A stretch of 64,000 nucleotides of DNA, from NCBI GenBank assembly GCA_900088475.1, contig FLMG01003327.1, forward strand, positions 4,737 through 68,736. The letters are read 5' to 3'. Of this stretch, positions 35,901 to 48,503 are shown in pieces. The notes beneath the pieces were generated by a model. That model was not told the DNA's origin. It made no database searches and saw only the letters and a list, made by a program, of their open reading frames with translations. Both the position numbers and the translations under genes were made by a program. Within the stretch, counting starts at the first letter, position 1, and each line of letters opens with the position of its first letter. This stretch comes from Hyphochytrium catenoides. Its lineage: Eukaryota > Protista > Hyphochytriomycota.

Positions 35901-38900
35901 GCCATTATTCTCTCGGAGCCGCTACCTTACTTACATAGCATCCCTTGGTACGTTACGGTCCGCTACTCCAGATTCGCCTTCATCTCTGGATATGTGTCCT
36001 AAGCCGCTCCTATTATCTTCATGTTGCCCTGCTTTGTCGTTCCTCTTACACCTCTTTATCCTTGCATCCATAGAGAATCTAGGGGAAGGTGAGACGAAAC
36101 CGAAAGCAGCCCAGGGGACAAAAATCTTGACAGCACTCCCTGAACTCAGTGCGTTGCCTCCGTATGTGCAGGTAAATAGTTTCTTCTGGCTCTATAATTT
36201 CATGGAAACCTCTTGATAGCCTTTGCCTGAATACTTACGACCTCTATCGTTCATCGAGCTCACTCCTCTTCCGGCACTTCATGCCGATGTACGAGGCTTA
36301 TCTTTGGCTGTAGGTGCATGTCTAGTTACCCTGCTAAGCCGTCTTCAGGACCTTCTTGCAGGTTTGCTTGATCCGAGTGCTGAGAGGCGGATGAAGGCCC
36401 TGAGGTCCGCGTGTGCTCTAGTGGAAGGAGATAATGAGCATGCGGGTGGCCAAGTAAACACCCTGAACTATTTCTTCCCAACCTACTTTGAAGAGCTGTA
36501 TGTTAATCTGGTGCGGCTCCAATCTCAGGTATCTGACCCTTCTGGGCTATGTCAGGTTAAGAGTTCCACTTCCGCCAATAGCGCATTTGCTTGTATGTCA
36601 AGGACTCGGTGATACGATAACAGCCAAGGCAAGACTTTAACTGACCTCTCTGACGCTTACCTATTCTTGCTGTCTCCCACCAACAGCCATGTCTGGAGGA
36701 GCAGCTGAAGGTCGCGAATGACTACCTTCGCAAACTTCTGGCTGCGCCTAGTCCAGCATTCCATTTCCTGTTCCCTTATCTCCTTGACTTCTTCGACATA
36801 CCAACTCAAGGACAGCGAAAAGTTGTCATAGGTACGGCAGCTCTTATGAGAGTTCCTCCTCAGTCTCTCCCGCCAGTGTTAACGTTGCCCATCCTATAGC
36901 ACTCCGTTATTTATTTGACTCGCTGGCAAGGATCCTAGGGCCAGAGGAGACGAAGAACTATCTGTTACCCCCAATTGGTAGGGGCCTGTCGCTCACCAGA
37001 ACTCCTTTTCCGGCAGGATGTATCCCTCTGCGTGACGTGTGCTCTCATCGACACATGGCCAACATACCTAGACATTAGCAGCGTTCTGTTCTTGGTGCTT
37101 TGGTCGTAATCCCACCCATCATTTTGCTCTGGCATGAAAAGGAGTTCTCTATAGAGTTCAGCTTTTCTTTTGACACGCTTTCAATTTTCTGTTCTTATCA
37201 ATGAACAGCACAACTATTTGACAGCTCGGACGACGCCGTGGTGGTCCGAGCCCTTATTTCTTTCCCCCTAGTTCGGAGCGTTCTTATCAGGGCAGGCCCA
37301 AGTATCTTCTTCCAGCATGTAAGTAACCTCATTTCCGTTTGGTGGTAAGGCTTCCTTATGCGCTTGCTGGTCAAAGTCTGCTTGTACCAGGACTGATCCC
37401 TGGATACATCTTCCCTTTTTTGCCGTTCTTAAGAGACTTGACCTCTAATGTTGCGCGATGCGCCGATTCCTTTCATCTGTCGCTTCTGTTGAGCAGCTTT
37501 TACCATCAATGTTGGACTGGCTGTGTTTCCGATCGGAGGCAGATCACTCAGTCATGGAGGTGAGAAGTCTAATTGTCGGTATGCAGTCGGACAAGGCAGA
37601 GAGAGAGAGCGGGCATTGAGGGAGAGGAATCGGAGGGAAGCGAAAGGGGATCTGGTTGGGAGAAAGCCGGCGGGAACGACCAGGATGTGCCTCGTACGCT
37701 GCCCGCTAGCACACAGAAAGCTCTACAAAGAGGCAGTGATGGCGAGCGTGTAGAAAAGAATAGAAAAGGAAATTGACCCTAAATGAGGTTAACCCACAGT
37801 CAAGCGCTGATAACATTCGCTCTAGGTTGCCGCCCAGACTGTTCGGGACCTGATGACTGTGGAGACAATGGGCTCCGGGCTTACATCGCGGTACCTCTTT
37901 CCTGCACTGCTCTATCACCTTGGACGCGTCAAGCCAGGAAGCGAGACAAGATCGTTTAACACGTTAGTTAAGACTCTTAGGAAGTAGTTGAAGATGCTAT
38001 TCTCTTCTTTGTACTCTGATTCACCAAGGGCGCCCCTTCCAGTTCTCCATGTATCCGATTTCTCAACCCTAGTTCCCATCTTACGTCGTCCGTAGGGAAC
38101 TCTCTCATTCGTACGCAGACTGCAAGCTACTCATAGCTCCTCTCTGTACGACAGGCGTCATGAAGGGACGAGCACACCCGGGGCAGAAGAGTTCTTTCTC
38201 CTATTCCCTGCCGACTTCAAATATTCACAGGCCATGCTAGCAAGTGAGTACAGCATTTCTACCTGTAGGTTGTTAGAGGCGCCTGCCCGTCCCTGAGCTT
38301 GTCGGCTTCTACTTCTCCCTATTTGTCCCGAACACCAGCTCGATTCATGCAGCGCGAAGAAGATGCCATGCAGTACCATCGCTCTGACATTATAATGCTA
38401 GAAAGCAAACTGTCACAAGCTGCCCTCTGACATTTATCTGTTATATCACAGAAGCCATAACAGACGTATCGCTTCAACTGGGACTCGTACCGGTAGCCTC
38501 GGTCCTCATACCTCATGTTCTGAAGGTCCTACCTGCTCTTGCAGAGTCAATTGGTGGAATGAGCGTCGGTAGAACTAATTGGGTAAGAAGCATAGTGTGG
38601 AAAGCAGAGTCCTTGAGCAGAAGTTGTTTTCGTCTGTGCATCTCTTGAGATGTTGCTCACTTCACCCTTGCATCTGTTATCTGTGTTCGGTTTATTTGTA
38701 TATCTCAGCACTATGACCACCTCTTTACCAGGGTGAGCTGCGAGAAACCGCGAAGGCAATGTTGGCTGTTTTGGACGTAATAGAAGGAATCCTTCCTCTC
38801 CTGGACTCGAAGGTACTAAATCGCATCAAATTGCTAGGTGCAGATGGTGACGATCCTACTAGTTAATATCTCCTAGCCTCTATTCCTCCCAAAGGTCCTC

Positions 38901-41900
38901 TAAGCTTTGAGTCTGCGCAGTGAAGTCCCAATTGCTTGCTTCGCGTCCCGTACTTACCCTGTTCTGATTGTGCTGATCTCCTCTTGGTAGCAAACGCACC
39001 AATGCCATCTCTTCATGAGATCTTTATTGATCCCTATGCTGTACGCAACCTGTCGCTGACGCTTGTCCGTCTTTTGCCCTCTTTCTTCCGCGCCCGTGGA
39101 ATTCTCCGTCGGTTCCCTTAATCTACGTCCCTACACTATATGTTTCTTCACTTGTCCCTCTTCGCCAGACCACTGCATGGGAGCTGCTGTACAATACTCG
39201 TTATTCCATCGTTTCGCTACTCTCGGATCTGCCTTTTCCATCATATCGTCTCTCGCAACCAGGAGCCGTCCTGCCTCCAGGGACGCGTCTATACCCACTT
39301 CTGCATTTAAAGCTTGGCAAAATCATTCATGCAGCAGCCTCAAAGGTTGGAATCTCCTTTTGTTTCAGGCGTATTACTTGTCATATGCATGCCTTTGCGA
39401 TTGCTTCCTCAGCAGAGGTTCTTACGTGTCTGAATCTGCCAGCCTTCAATATTAGATAATCCCCAGTTGCTTTTGCGGTTGCTGACTGCTCTGCATATTG
39501 TTGCTCACTAAGCCTGCCTCTTACGTTACTCACCTTCACAGGTCGGCCTCCCAGACTCGAAGAAGACCATCTTCCCTGGTCTTGCTGCTCTATTTAGGAG
39601 GTTTACCGAACAGTTCGCGCAGGAGCAGGTATATGAAAAATAGAGACTGCTAGACATAAAAGAGTTCGGGCTTCACATAGGAAGAAGGCGCAAGGACCGT
39701 AAGAGCAATTAACAGTGTGTATGTGGTGAGAACAAGAGATATGTAGCAGAGGGGCGGCTTACGATATAGGAGCTTGCCTCGTCTTCTAACACTTCCAGCA
39801 GCGAGGGTCCCCAAATTACGAGCTCGGGGAGGTACTGGTCCTCTCGCTCTACTGCCCCTTAGTGGAACTCTTCGGGCGCCAGGTCATGGAAGAAAATGTA
39901 AGCTAGCATCGTCATCTCCGTGGAGTATTCAGATGCGAATGCAACGATGTCATCGGCTTGTGCTACAACATCATCCTCTCCCTCATTACTTGCCTGTGTA
40001 TCAAGCCTTTCTGCACCTAGCGGTAGCCGCTTCTCAATTTTCGTTTGTCAATAATGGTCGCAGATACCTACGCTCAACCCACGTCTCGTGTGGAAGTTCT
40101 CGAGCCAGCGAGAAGAAGTTTTACCTCCGCATTCTCTTCCTCCAACACTCCTGCACTCTAAAGAGAGCCGCGCTTCTGGTGTCCTTGATGAGCAAGTGGT
40201 AGAAGGAGGAACTGAGCCGTCCGGAGTGGAAAGGGATGGCGAAGAAGACCATCCTGATCACTCAGAGAACGAGTTTGAAGATGAAGAGCTCCTCCTTCCA
40301 GGAGCCATCCCGGACTCGGAGACGGTGGGGGGACAACAGGTGAGGAAATAGAGTTAAAGGGTGCTTAACGAGACGAGCAGGGCGGCACTTAGAGTTCTTA
40401 ACGAAATGACTTGAAGTGTGAAAGATCGGTAGTCCACACGCGAAGACAAAGGAGAAGGTTCAGGATGCTCTATGAGCACCGGCGAAGAGGGACAGATCTT
40501 TGCAGAATTGGGTGAAGGTAACCTTTAAACATGCTAACACCCTTTCGATGCTAGCCTGCGCTCCCACTGGCTACTCAGGCTGATGAACAGATCAAACTTG
40601 AAGAGCAGCTGGAGGCACTTTCAAGGCGCACCGGTATGTTAGGGATTGAGATACTGGGAGAAAAGCGAGTTATGTGCCTGTATACCTGAATATGGCAGCG
40701 CCCAGATAGATGATAGCAGTAGCGGTTTATGCCTTAGCTGTGAATGGGTAAGACTCAAAACGTTTATCGCGACGAGTGAGATAAATGGCGAGAGGAGTCG
40801 CGAGGAGGGATAAAAAAGTAAAAGAGAATACTTCTTTGATTATCTACTCTTTGGTAGGAATGGACCTATCTTCCTCCAGCCCAGCCCGCCATACTTCTAG
40901 GAATCGTCGACGCCGCCGCGCAGCAATTAATCCTGTCTGGCTGACGGGACCCGAGAAAACCTATGATCACAGATCATGGAGCAGGTAAGTCCACCTAAAA
41001 GGATAAGTGAGAATGCTAGCTTAGCTAAAGAGAGAAAGGCAAACGGCCTAGAACAGCTGCATGTTGAGTGTAAACATGCTTGTTATCTACGACAGAGTCA
41101 AAGAAGAGATTGTAATGGGTTTGTGCTGTGCTCTGTCATGTCGCTTATAACCTTTACTCTGCTTAGAACACACGAATCATGGACCTTAGGCACAGACACA
41201 CGTGACCAGTTACGTGCTCACTCTTCAGCCGTCCGATGCATGGCTGTCAACTCGTCCGAGTCCCTGCTCCTCTCGGGTTCATCTATCGGAACAGTTCGAG
41301 TGTGGAAGCTGACGGTACGTCATCCTCCCATAAGTCTCAATGTGCTAGTATCCTATGCTTGTGCCCGAAGTGGGCTGCGCTCATGTGCTTGTTCTATGAA
41401 TATCTATACTTTAGGATTACCCTGTCTCCCTCGAGTATTCCTTCTACAGTCAGCGGGAGCCAGTGTCTGCCGTCTTTGCGCTTCCCGGAACCTCTCGTAT
41501 CGGTTCGTGCTCCCGCTCTAGGGTGCAGCTCTGGGATATCAAGACTCAGCAAGTAAAGGCTTTATCTCTTCTCAAACCGAATTCCTACCCTCTGATGTCA
41601 AACCTGATTTTCGTCTTGGCAGGCAATCTACCAGCTCAGGGAGCAAGGAGACTTTTTCACCTGCGCTAGTCCGGTGCCAGTAGGTTCAGTGGTGGGCCTG
41701 GGATCGGATGTCCTAGCAAGTCAAAATCAGGTGATGATCTCCCCAAGTCTATGTCATAAGCGACTACTTTCATACCGCTGCTATTATTTTCTGATATCCC
41801 TCTCTTTTTCTCCTCCTCCACTACCACTTTCTCTTCTCCTTAGGTCCTGGTGGCGGCATTGGATAAGGTCTCCTGCATTGACTTAAGAGTTCCGAGCAAC

Positions 41901-43253
41901 AAAGCTGTCCCTTCCTGGTCGCTCAAAGGTCAGAGATAGCTTAGGTGTCACGGTAGTCTCAAGATGCGTTCCTATCAGATAATGGATACCAATCCCTGCC
42001 TAAGCTTCTTGCTTGGTTCTCACCCTAGTCCATTTGCTTGCATATTGCTGATATTAGCTTCATTCTCGCTCTTTTACGGTCTTTTCAGCTCCCGGTAGTC
42101 CGCCGACAGACTTAAGCCAAAATTTCATCTCCGCCCTGTCCCCTATGTCTGATGGCAAAGTGATTGCTGTTGGACAGAGCTCTGGCAACATTACGCTTCT
42201 GGACTCCCGGACAGGTCAGTGGAGGGTAGCTATGAGCGGAGGAGAAGTGAAAGGGACGTGGTCAATGGTTCGATAGCGGTACGAGCTAGCCTGCAAGGGT
42301 AACCTACACACAGGGCAGAAGGAATCCGGACATGCCAACCGACTAGACAGAAGAAGCAACCAAACAACCTAACGGCTCTTATCCTACATAGGAGGCTTCC
42401 TCCATCGTTTCTCGGCGTCAGAAAGCGATTCTGGTGTGTGTCGTCTCTTCTCTCTTCGTTCTAGACAGCTTCTCTCGGTAACTGCAGACAGAAACGTCAC
42501 GTTATGGAGCCTGGCAGGAGGAGGACGGGTTGAAGAGCGGAGTGTGATGGGAGGTAATGACCTAGGAGAACGCCTGACCACCAAGCGTTTATCCCTCTTG
42601 GGTCTGAAAGACACAACTGGAAACGATAGAGTACAGAGCTTCGATTGCAGTGTTCGAGAACACTCCCAAGGCTTCACCTTTTACTATGTCTCAGGTAAAA
42701 TGTCAAGGACACTTGCCTAGCGGTGTATGAGCCAGGAGGGGAGAGATGCTTAGGAAGATGGGGAAGAGAGACTGGGTGTGATGCCTGGGAAGATGATGAG
42801 TCATGGGGAAGAAGTGGCCGGTGCAGTAATAATTGTGTCTGAAGGCAGAGGGAAGGAGCAAGACCTCTCACATTAAGTAGGTCTTCTGTTGAGGTGGGCC
42901 GAGGCGCGAGACGAGCTACGTCTGGTTCTTTCCCGTCCTTGCTCTGTTTCTCTCTCTGCGTCTCCCTTCCCCACCTTGCCCACTCCGTTCCTGCATTGCA
43001 TTCTGGATCCGGTCGTGCCCTGGCTTGTGTCACTTTTTCCCTAACTCATAACACTTTCACAGGTGGGAAGTATGCTACCGCCACCGTCGCTGGGACTGAA
43101 GGAGGAGACGTTGCTGTGGAATCGCTACCGCTCTTTGTTAACGTGTCCCGAGGGAAGACGGAGAGAGCGAACGCCATCTCGTTTGCCCTGTTACCTCTGC
43201 GGCACATGGGGCTCGTGGGGGGAGATGATGGGATTATCCGGGTCATTTGCTAG
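29990..43253 (+). CDS. WDR81: WDR81/GFS12(BCHD)-like protein: pseudokinase + BEACH + WD40, multi-exon; 5' end approximate
   Basis: HPNLLPL...[21 protein letters not shown] is a kinase-like lobe lacking HRD. BEACH: [100 protein letters not shown]. Second kinase-like piece [19 protein letters not shown]40: [32 protein letters not shown]. Ends [11 protein letters not shown]. Confidence 0.88.
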
Positions 43254-44873
43254 TCATCTCGCGTGAAGCGCCTTCATGCTACTAAAGGGAGCCGCGGGAA
43301 GGGGCTGCGATCAGGTCCTTCAAATATCAGTGCTGGGCTATCACCGTGGTTGGCAAGATGGTCGTCTCTTCTTCGTCCACGTAATGGCAATCGATTACTG
43401 GCATGAGGGCCGTTCTCAAGGCGTAGGTCACGTCTTCTACTTTCTAGTCTATCCAGATGGGCTTTCAAGCTAGTACAATATAGACGTCGCAACAAGGAGG
43501 AACGGCGAAGACAACACCTCGCATGAATCCATTCAACTAACCTAAAGGAGCTGGGTTGACAAAGAACGTGTCCCAGCAAGCTGCGGGTTTGACTGTGAGG
43601 GAGAGACCTCCAGACCTTTGATGGTGAAGGGGGCAGTTTCCCAAGAAGATAATGCTTAGATAGCAGAGTGTATGGCCCCAAACTGTCCTCCACCTCCATT
43701 CGAAGCGTTCGCCCATAGAATGTGAAGACTCTTGTCTTTCTTCCATCTCGCGCACAGGTTCTTTTCTTCTTCATGTCGGTATAGGCTCAAGGAAGAAAGT
43801 CATCCAAACCCTACAACTCCTCATTGAAAGGCCGTGATTGCAAGTGCTCAACTTTGCCAGACAATGTAGATATAACTAGTTAAGTTAACAGGAGACCCTT
43901 CACTTCTCTAGCCCCATTAGTCCTCTCGCTCATATCTTACTGATCAAGCGACACTTCAAGAACTCTCTCTGGGTAAGACCATTATCTTGAGAAGTACCTC
44001 CATAGATATGCTCTGTGCTGGCTTAGTATGGAGCATCTTTCCATCATCGCGCGCTGAGCTTCAACGAACTTTTGTCTAGGTCTTTAAAGCTTTGACTTGC
44101 GTTCTGACTGACAAACGACCAACACCAATGTAACGTCATGCTTCTCTCTCCCTCTTCCCCCTTCCTACTCTACAACCCAACAAAAACGACAGTCCTCAGT
44201 CTAGAAGCGTACATATTGTCGACCGTCATGAGCTCATACTGAGAGGCTAGAACCTGAGTTCCCAAGCGTCTCCCTCATCTGCAGTCCGCAGTCTGCCCAG
44301 CATCTGAGTCTCTAACAGATTCTCAGTAAATTTCTGTTTTATGAAGCTTTCTATTCTAATTTAATCTTCGTCAACAGTCTACCGCCTAAGAGAAGAACAA
44401 GGAGAACTGAGAGCCTTAATGAGCCAGTATTAGAGATCAATACAAGGGTTATTAGAGATCTATCAAAACTACGTGTTTACTATTTAGAATGAGACACCCC
44501 TCCCACCCTTTGCATACATTTTGTTGTAAATAGTTCCAAGAGGCGGCGAATGTTTGAGATAGGAATCAGGTGCTGGGCTATGTTTACAATTAGGTTTATG
44601 GAGAATATATAGATTGGACTCCTCTGTACGCCCACCCATCCCGGCGCCATGATGACAAGGGAAGGGTCGAGCGGGCCGCAGGAACTCTGTCCGACGGCAC
44701 TTCATCTGCAGACTGAGACAGAGATCATTGCGGCGCTTTCCGAAGATCTCCGAAACAAGGATTGACGGTTGCTTGGAAGTGAATAAGACAAGTCATCAGT
44801 TCTTGAAGAGCTATAGAAGACTCACAACAACGCGGTTATTTCTAATTTGTCCTTAGCATTGCTCTTTGGAACG

Positions 44874-46032
44874 ATGATGGAGGTAAACAGAGCAGATATA
44901 GACAATCTTCAAGCATCAAATCTTATGCACTTTGCATCGTCTCCTTCCTCTATGCAGCATACCGACACTAGCCCCGAGGTTCACTCGGCTAAGAATTCCG
45001 TTCCTTCGGCTACTTCTAGCTCTGTAATTTTAACGCAGCCAACCGCGACGGTAGCCCCGGCAAGAGAGTCTTCCAATGAGTTTTCAGCGCAAGTCAAGGC
45101 CAAAGCAAGCATTGTCTATGAAGATTTGACCCAGCGTGTACAGAGTCAGGATGCAGCCGTTATCACGAAAGCTCTGCAGTACATGAATTTGAGCTACGCA
45201 GTGCTGCTGCTTGTCACCACCATCATGGGCTTTATGTCCGGTACCATCGTTGTCTCCCTATGTGTCCTGTAAGTGTATTGACCATCGACCTTGCTGGCAC
45301 ATTCAAGTGGATTCATTTTACCCTAGTTACGATTTAGTAGATCCATGCCTCTCACGCTGTAGAATGGCTCTTCTGCTCTGCTTCTTTTCTTCTGCATCTG
45401 GCTTTGGGTGAAGCCAAACCCCAGCAACGACTTCGTGCGATCTAACAAACGACATCTATTTCGTCTTCATTGCAGATTCTTTAGTCTCCTTGTAGTAGCG
45501 TTCGAGGTTCGGGAGATGCTTCCGTACAACGAGCACGTCGTCAGGAACTTTGGATTCCTCTTCACTGCGGGAGGCCGTGCCGGCCTGTTCTTCTAGTGCG
45601 TAGCGCTTCATGTCTCCTGTGACTGTTGTGCTTCTCTCACCTAGAGTTCCTCTTCATAGTTTCTTACGCACGTTCCTCCCGTTGGGTTGCATTCCCTTCC
45701 CTTCCTGGTGTTTAAATCTCTCTGTCCGCATGACCCTTTGTACTAACTGGGTACTCTTATTTGTTGTCGATCCAGTGTCGGGACCCTCGCCTTCGCTGTG
45801 TCTTCCATTGGTCTGATCACAATGCTTATCTCCTACGCCTTTGCTCTTGTTCAAGGCTTTGTCATCTGGAAGGTAAGTCTCCTCTGCTTGGTCCTCTTTA
45901 GATGGCCTCCAAGCAGCTCATATTCTTTCTTCTATTGAACACACTCTTTGTAAATTATAGCATCCCGAGTATCGTGCTCAGCTGGAAGCTGCCGTAGAGT
46001 ATCAGCGGCCTAGACAGCAAGGCAACGTCTAA
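44874..46032 (+). CDS. COPI-associated / TVP15-like Golgi membrane protein (exons 44874-45268, 45476-45595, 45776-45872, 45961-46032; 227 aa)
   Basis: Spliced FFSLLVVAFE...RNFGFLFTAGGRAGLFFYVGTLAF...KHP matches the COPI_assoc pattern (FGFL...GRG.F..F.G.L). All junctions are GT-AG and in frame. Confidence 0.75.
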
Positions 46033-46586
46033 GGCGCTGGCCTAGCCCGTAACTGGGTCCAGTTGGAGCTCAACGCCCTATCAATTTGCGACTGTAGTCT
46101 CTTCCTCTCACTCTCTGCTTTGTGTCTTGCAAAGCTCCGTTCTTCTCGTGACCTTGATTCATGACTATCAGGCGTAGCCTGGTAATGGGCTCACTCTACG
46201 AGTGAGTATTTACTGATATCTCTCATATATATGAGCCTTTCAGAATCGATCCTCTTAGGAGTCTGGGGCCAATTGACATGAGAGGATTTTAGCTATCAAC
46301 TTCCTGGCCTGACCTTCTTACTTCCCTGATGCGCACCCAGGAAATCCGTACCTTCCTTCTCACCTCTCGTCTCCTCTCTCTCTCTCTCACTCTTCGGCTC
46401 CAAAATCCTGCCGTAACTGATTCCCGTTGGAATGCTTAGACCACTCAGCAAATGATGCGACCTCTGCCCTAATCAGCTTCCCTGATAATCCTCGTGTGTC
46501 GTGCCGTTGGCTTCCGCAATCTCCATCAATATCACATCTCGCCTCTTCTCTTTCCTTCCTTTCCCTGAAAGCTTACTTCGCTGAGG

Positions 46587-47891
46587 CTATGCCCTGCTTA
46601 CGTACTCCTTTCTCTCTGTATTCACGATAATAGTATCCCCCGTCTCGACAAAGGGTGGTACTTTGACCGTCACGCCATTGTCTAGCAGTGCAGGCTTGTG
46701 CACAGCCGTCACCGTCGCATTTTTGATAATAGCTTCAGTCCGCTACATGGCGAGAGACAAGAGCAATCAACACACACAGACAATCACACAGCTAATGGTA
46801 CCGGGATACAGGGAAAGACTTGGGGTTGGAGATTAAAGAGAGAGAGAGAGTGAGGGAGAGAACATGCCAACACCATAGTGGAGACGGCAAGCAGGAAACA
46901 GGGTAGATGACCCTACCTGCACAACTGCCTTGATAGTGTCCGGAATGGTGATCTTGAAAGGTTGTCCCTTGTAGTTAAGCACCCTTACTTGCATCCCGTC
47001 GGTTAGGAACTGTGCTTTATCGCCTAACATCCCTACGTCAACCTCCACCTAGTAAAGAACGTAGGCGTTGCGCGGGACAAGGGTAACATGGAAAGTGAGA
47101 GAGCCACAATAGTGAGTCCGGCAGGGATAAGACAGTGTGAAAGACTCAAGACTCCAGGACAAATAAAGGAGTGAGGAGTAATAGCCTCAAGAGTTAGGGG
47201 AAACATAATCGACAAGTCGAGGGAACAAGCGAAAGAGGGTGAGAGAAGGAAGACAGGAAGAGAAGGAGAACAAAGAAGAGGGGACCAAAGAGAGAGAGGA
47301 AAGGAAGAGAGAGGATTCAAGAGAGACGGGGGAGAAGGGATTTCTTCTCTTTCCATCTCCAGGCCAACCTGTTCATAGGTGTTGGGCTCCATCAGCACAA
47401 GTTTCTTTCCCTCCACGTAGAGAACCTGATACGTCGTAGGATCTTCAAGCGATACCTTCTCTACCGACTCCGCAGACCTAAACCGATGGTTAAGTTTACC
47501 GCCTGTCTTCTGATCCTTCAGCTCCACCTAAGAAGAAGGAGACAAGGTTTAGGCAACATAAATGGTTCATCGACAGTATGCCTATCCTGGTCAAGCCAGA
47601 CGGCAAGCTCTACCGCCATCATTCTTGTGAGGATAGCAAGCTGCATAGTGAAATCGAGGCAAGGAATACCTGCATGAAAGCGCCGCCTTTGCCTGGCTTG
47701 ACGTGCTGAGCTTTGACGACCTCATACGTCTTATCGTTCAGCTCTATGGTCATACCGATTCTCACTTGATTGCCTGTGATTGAAATATACCGAGCTGGTA
47801 TGGCCACCCCGAGTCTCCTCCCTGCCGGCAGCCCTGACCCACTCCATGGCCCACAGCCTTGGATCCCTCGGACAGCTAATCGGCGGATCAT
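46587..47891 (-). CDS. efp: Translation elongation factor P, organellar (probably mitochondrial) (exons 47891-47670, 47527-47369, 47048-46917, 46742-46587; 222 aa)
   Basis: HVKPGKGGAFMQVEL, NHRFRSAESVE, MEPNTYEQ, KPALLDNGVTVKVPPFVETGD..VNTERKEYVSRA*. Arg-rich, acid-free 35-aa presequence. Confidence 0.95.
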
Positions 47892-48503
47892 TCTCTTGGA
47901 TTAACAGAGCTGCTGCTAACAGAGCGATGGCAAACGCAATGAAAATCTTCAACTGAATCTCCAGAAAAACTCCAAACTCCAGGACCATCAACTTCCTTCA
48001 TCCCGTCCCATAATAGTCGCATATGTCTCACAAACATTGCTGGCTACGCCGTATCGCTGTTCCTACTATGTACGATAACTCCCATTATTGGACCCTTGAT
48101 AGAAATAGACAATAGGATTTACACCCCTGAGCGACAATGTTGGGGTGAGGTAGGGTCTTTCTGTCCGTTAGCGGTAATGAGTGCAATTGGATCATCTTCC
48201 ATCATCAGCTGCTGCTGCTCAACTGGAGAATTGAGATGAAGATTAATCCTCTCGATGAAGGCTGGTCTCTCTGTCGTCCCATGCTCTAAGGGCTCATGAG
48301 GACTTACACCCGCCGGCGCATAGGTCTAGATAGAGTCTGTCGAGAGTGAGCGGGCTCACGAGCGCGTCTGAGGTTAGGGGAGAAGAGAGAAGGTCTTCCG
48401 TCAATGAGATGGAGACCTAATCATCCCAGTCCTTGGGAGTGCCATCCTCGTGCGAGTCTGCCTGTCACGCCATCACCGAGGGTATTTCTGTCTCCCAACC
48501 ACC

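Noticed and set aside
44649-44716. ATGATGA...CTGA, possible C/D-box snoRNA
   Set aside because: No terminal stem and no rRNA-complementary guide that I can recognise.
46587-46620. Suspected frameshift at the EF-P C-terminus
   Set aside because: Re-reading gives an in-frame NTERKEYVSRA*.
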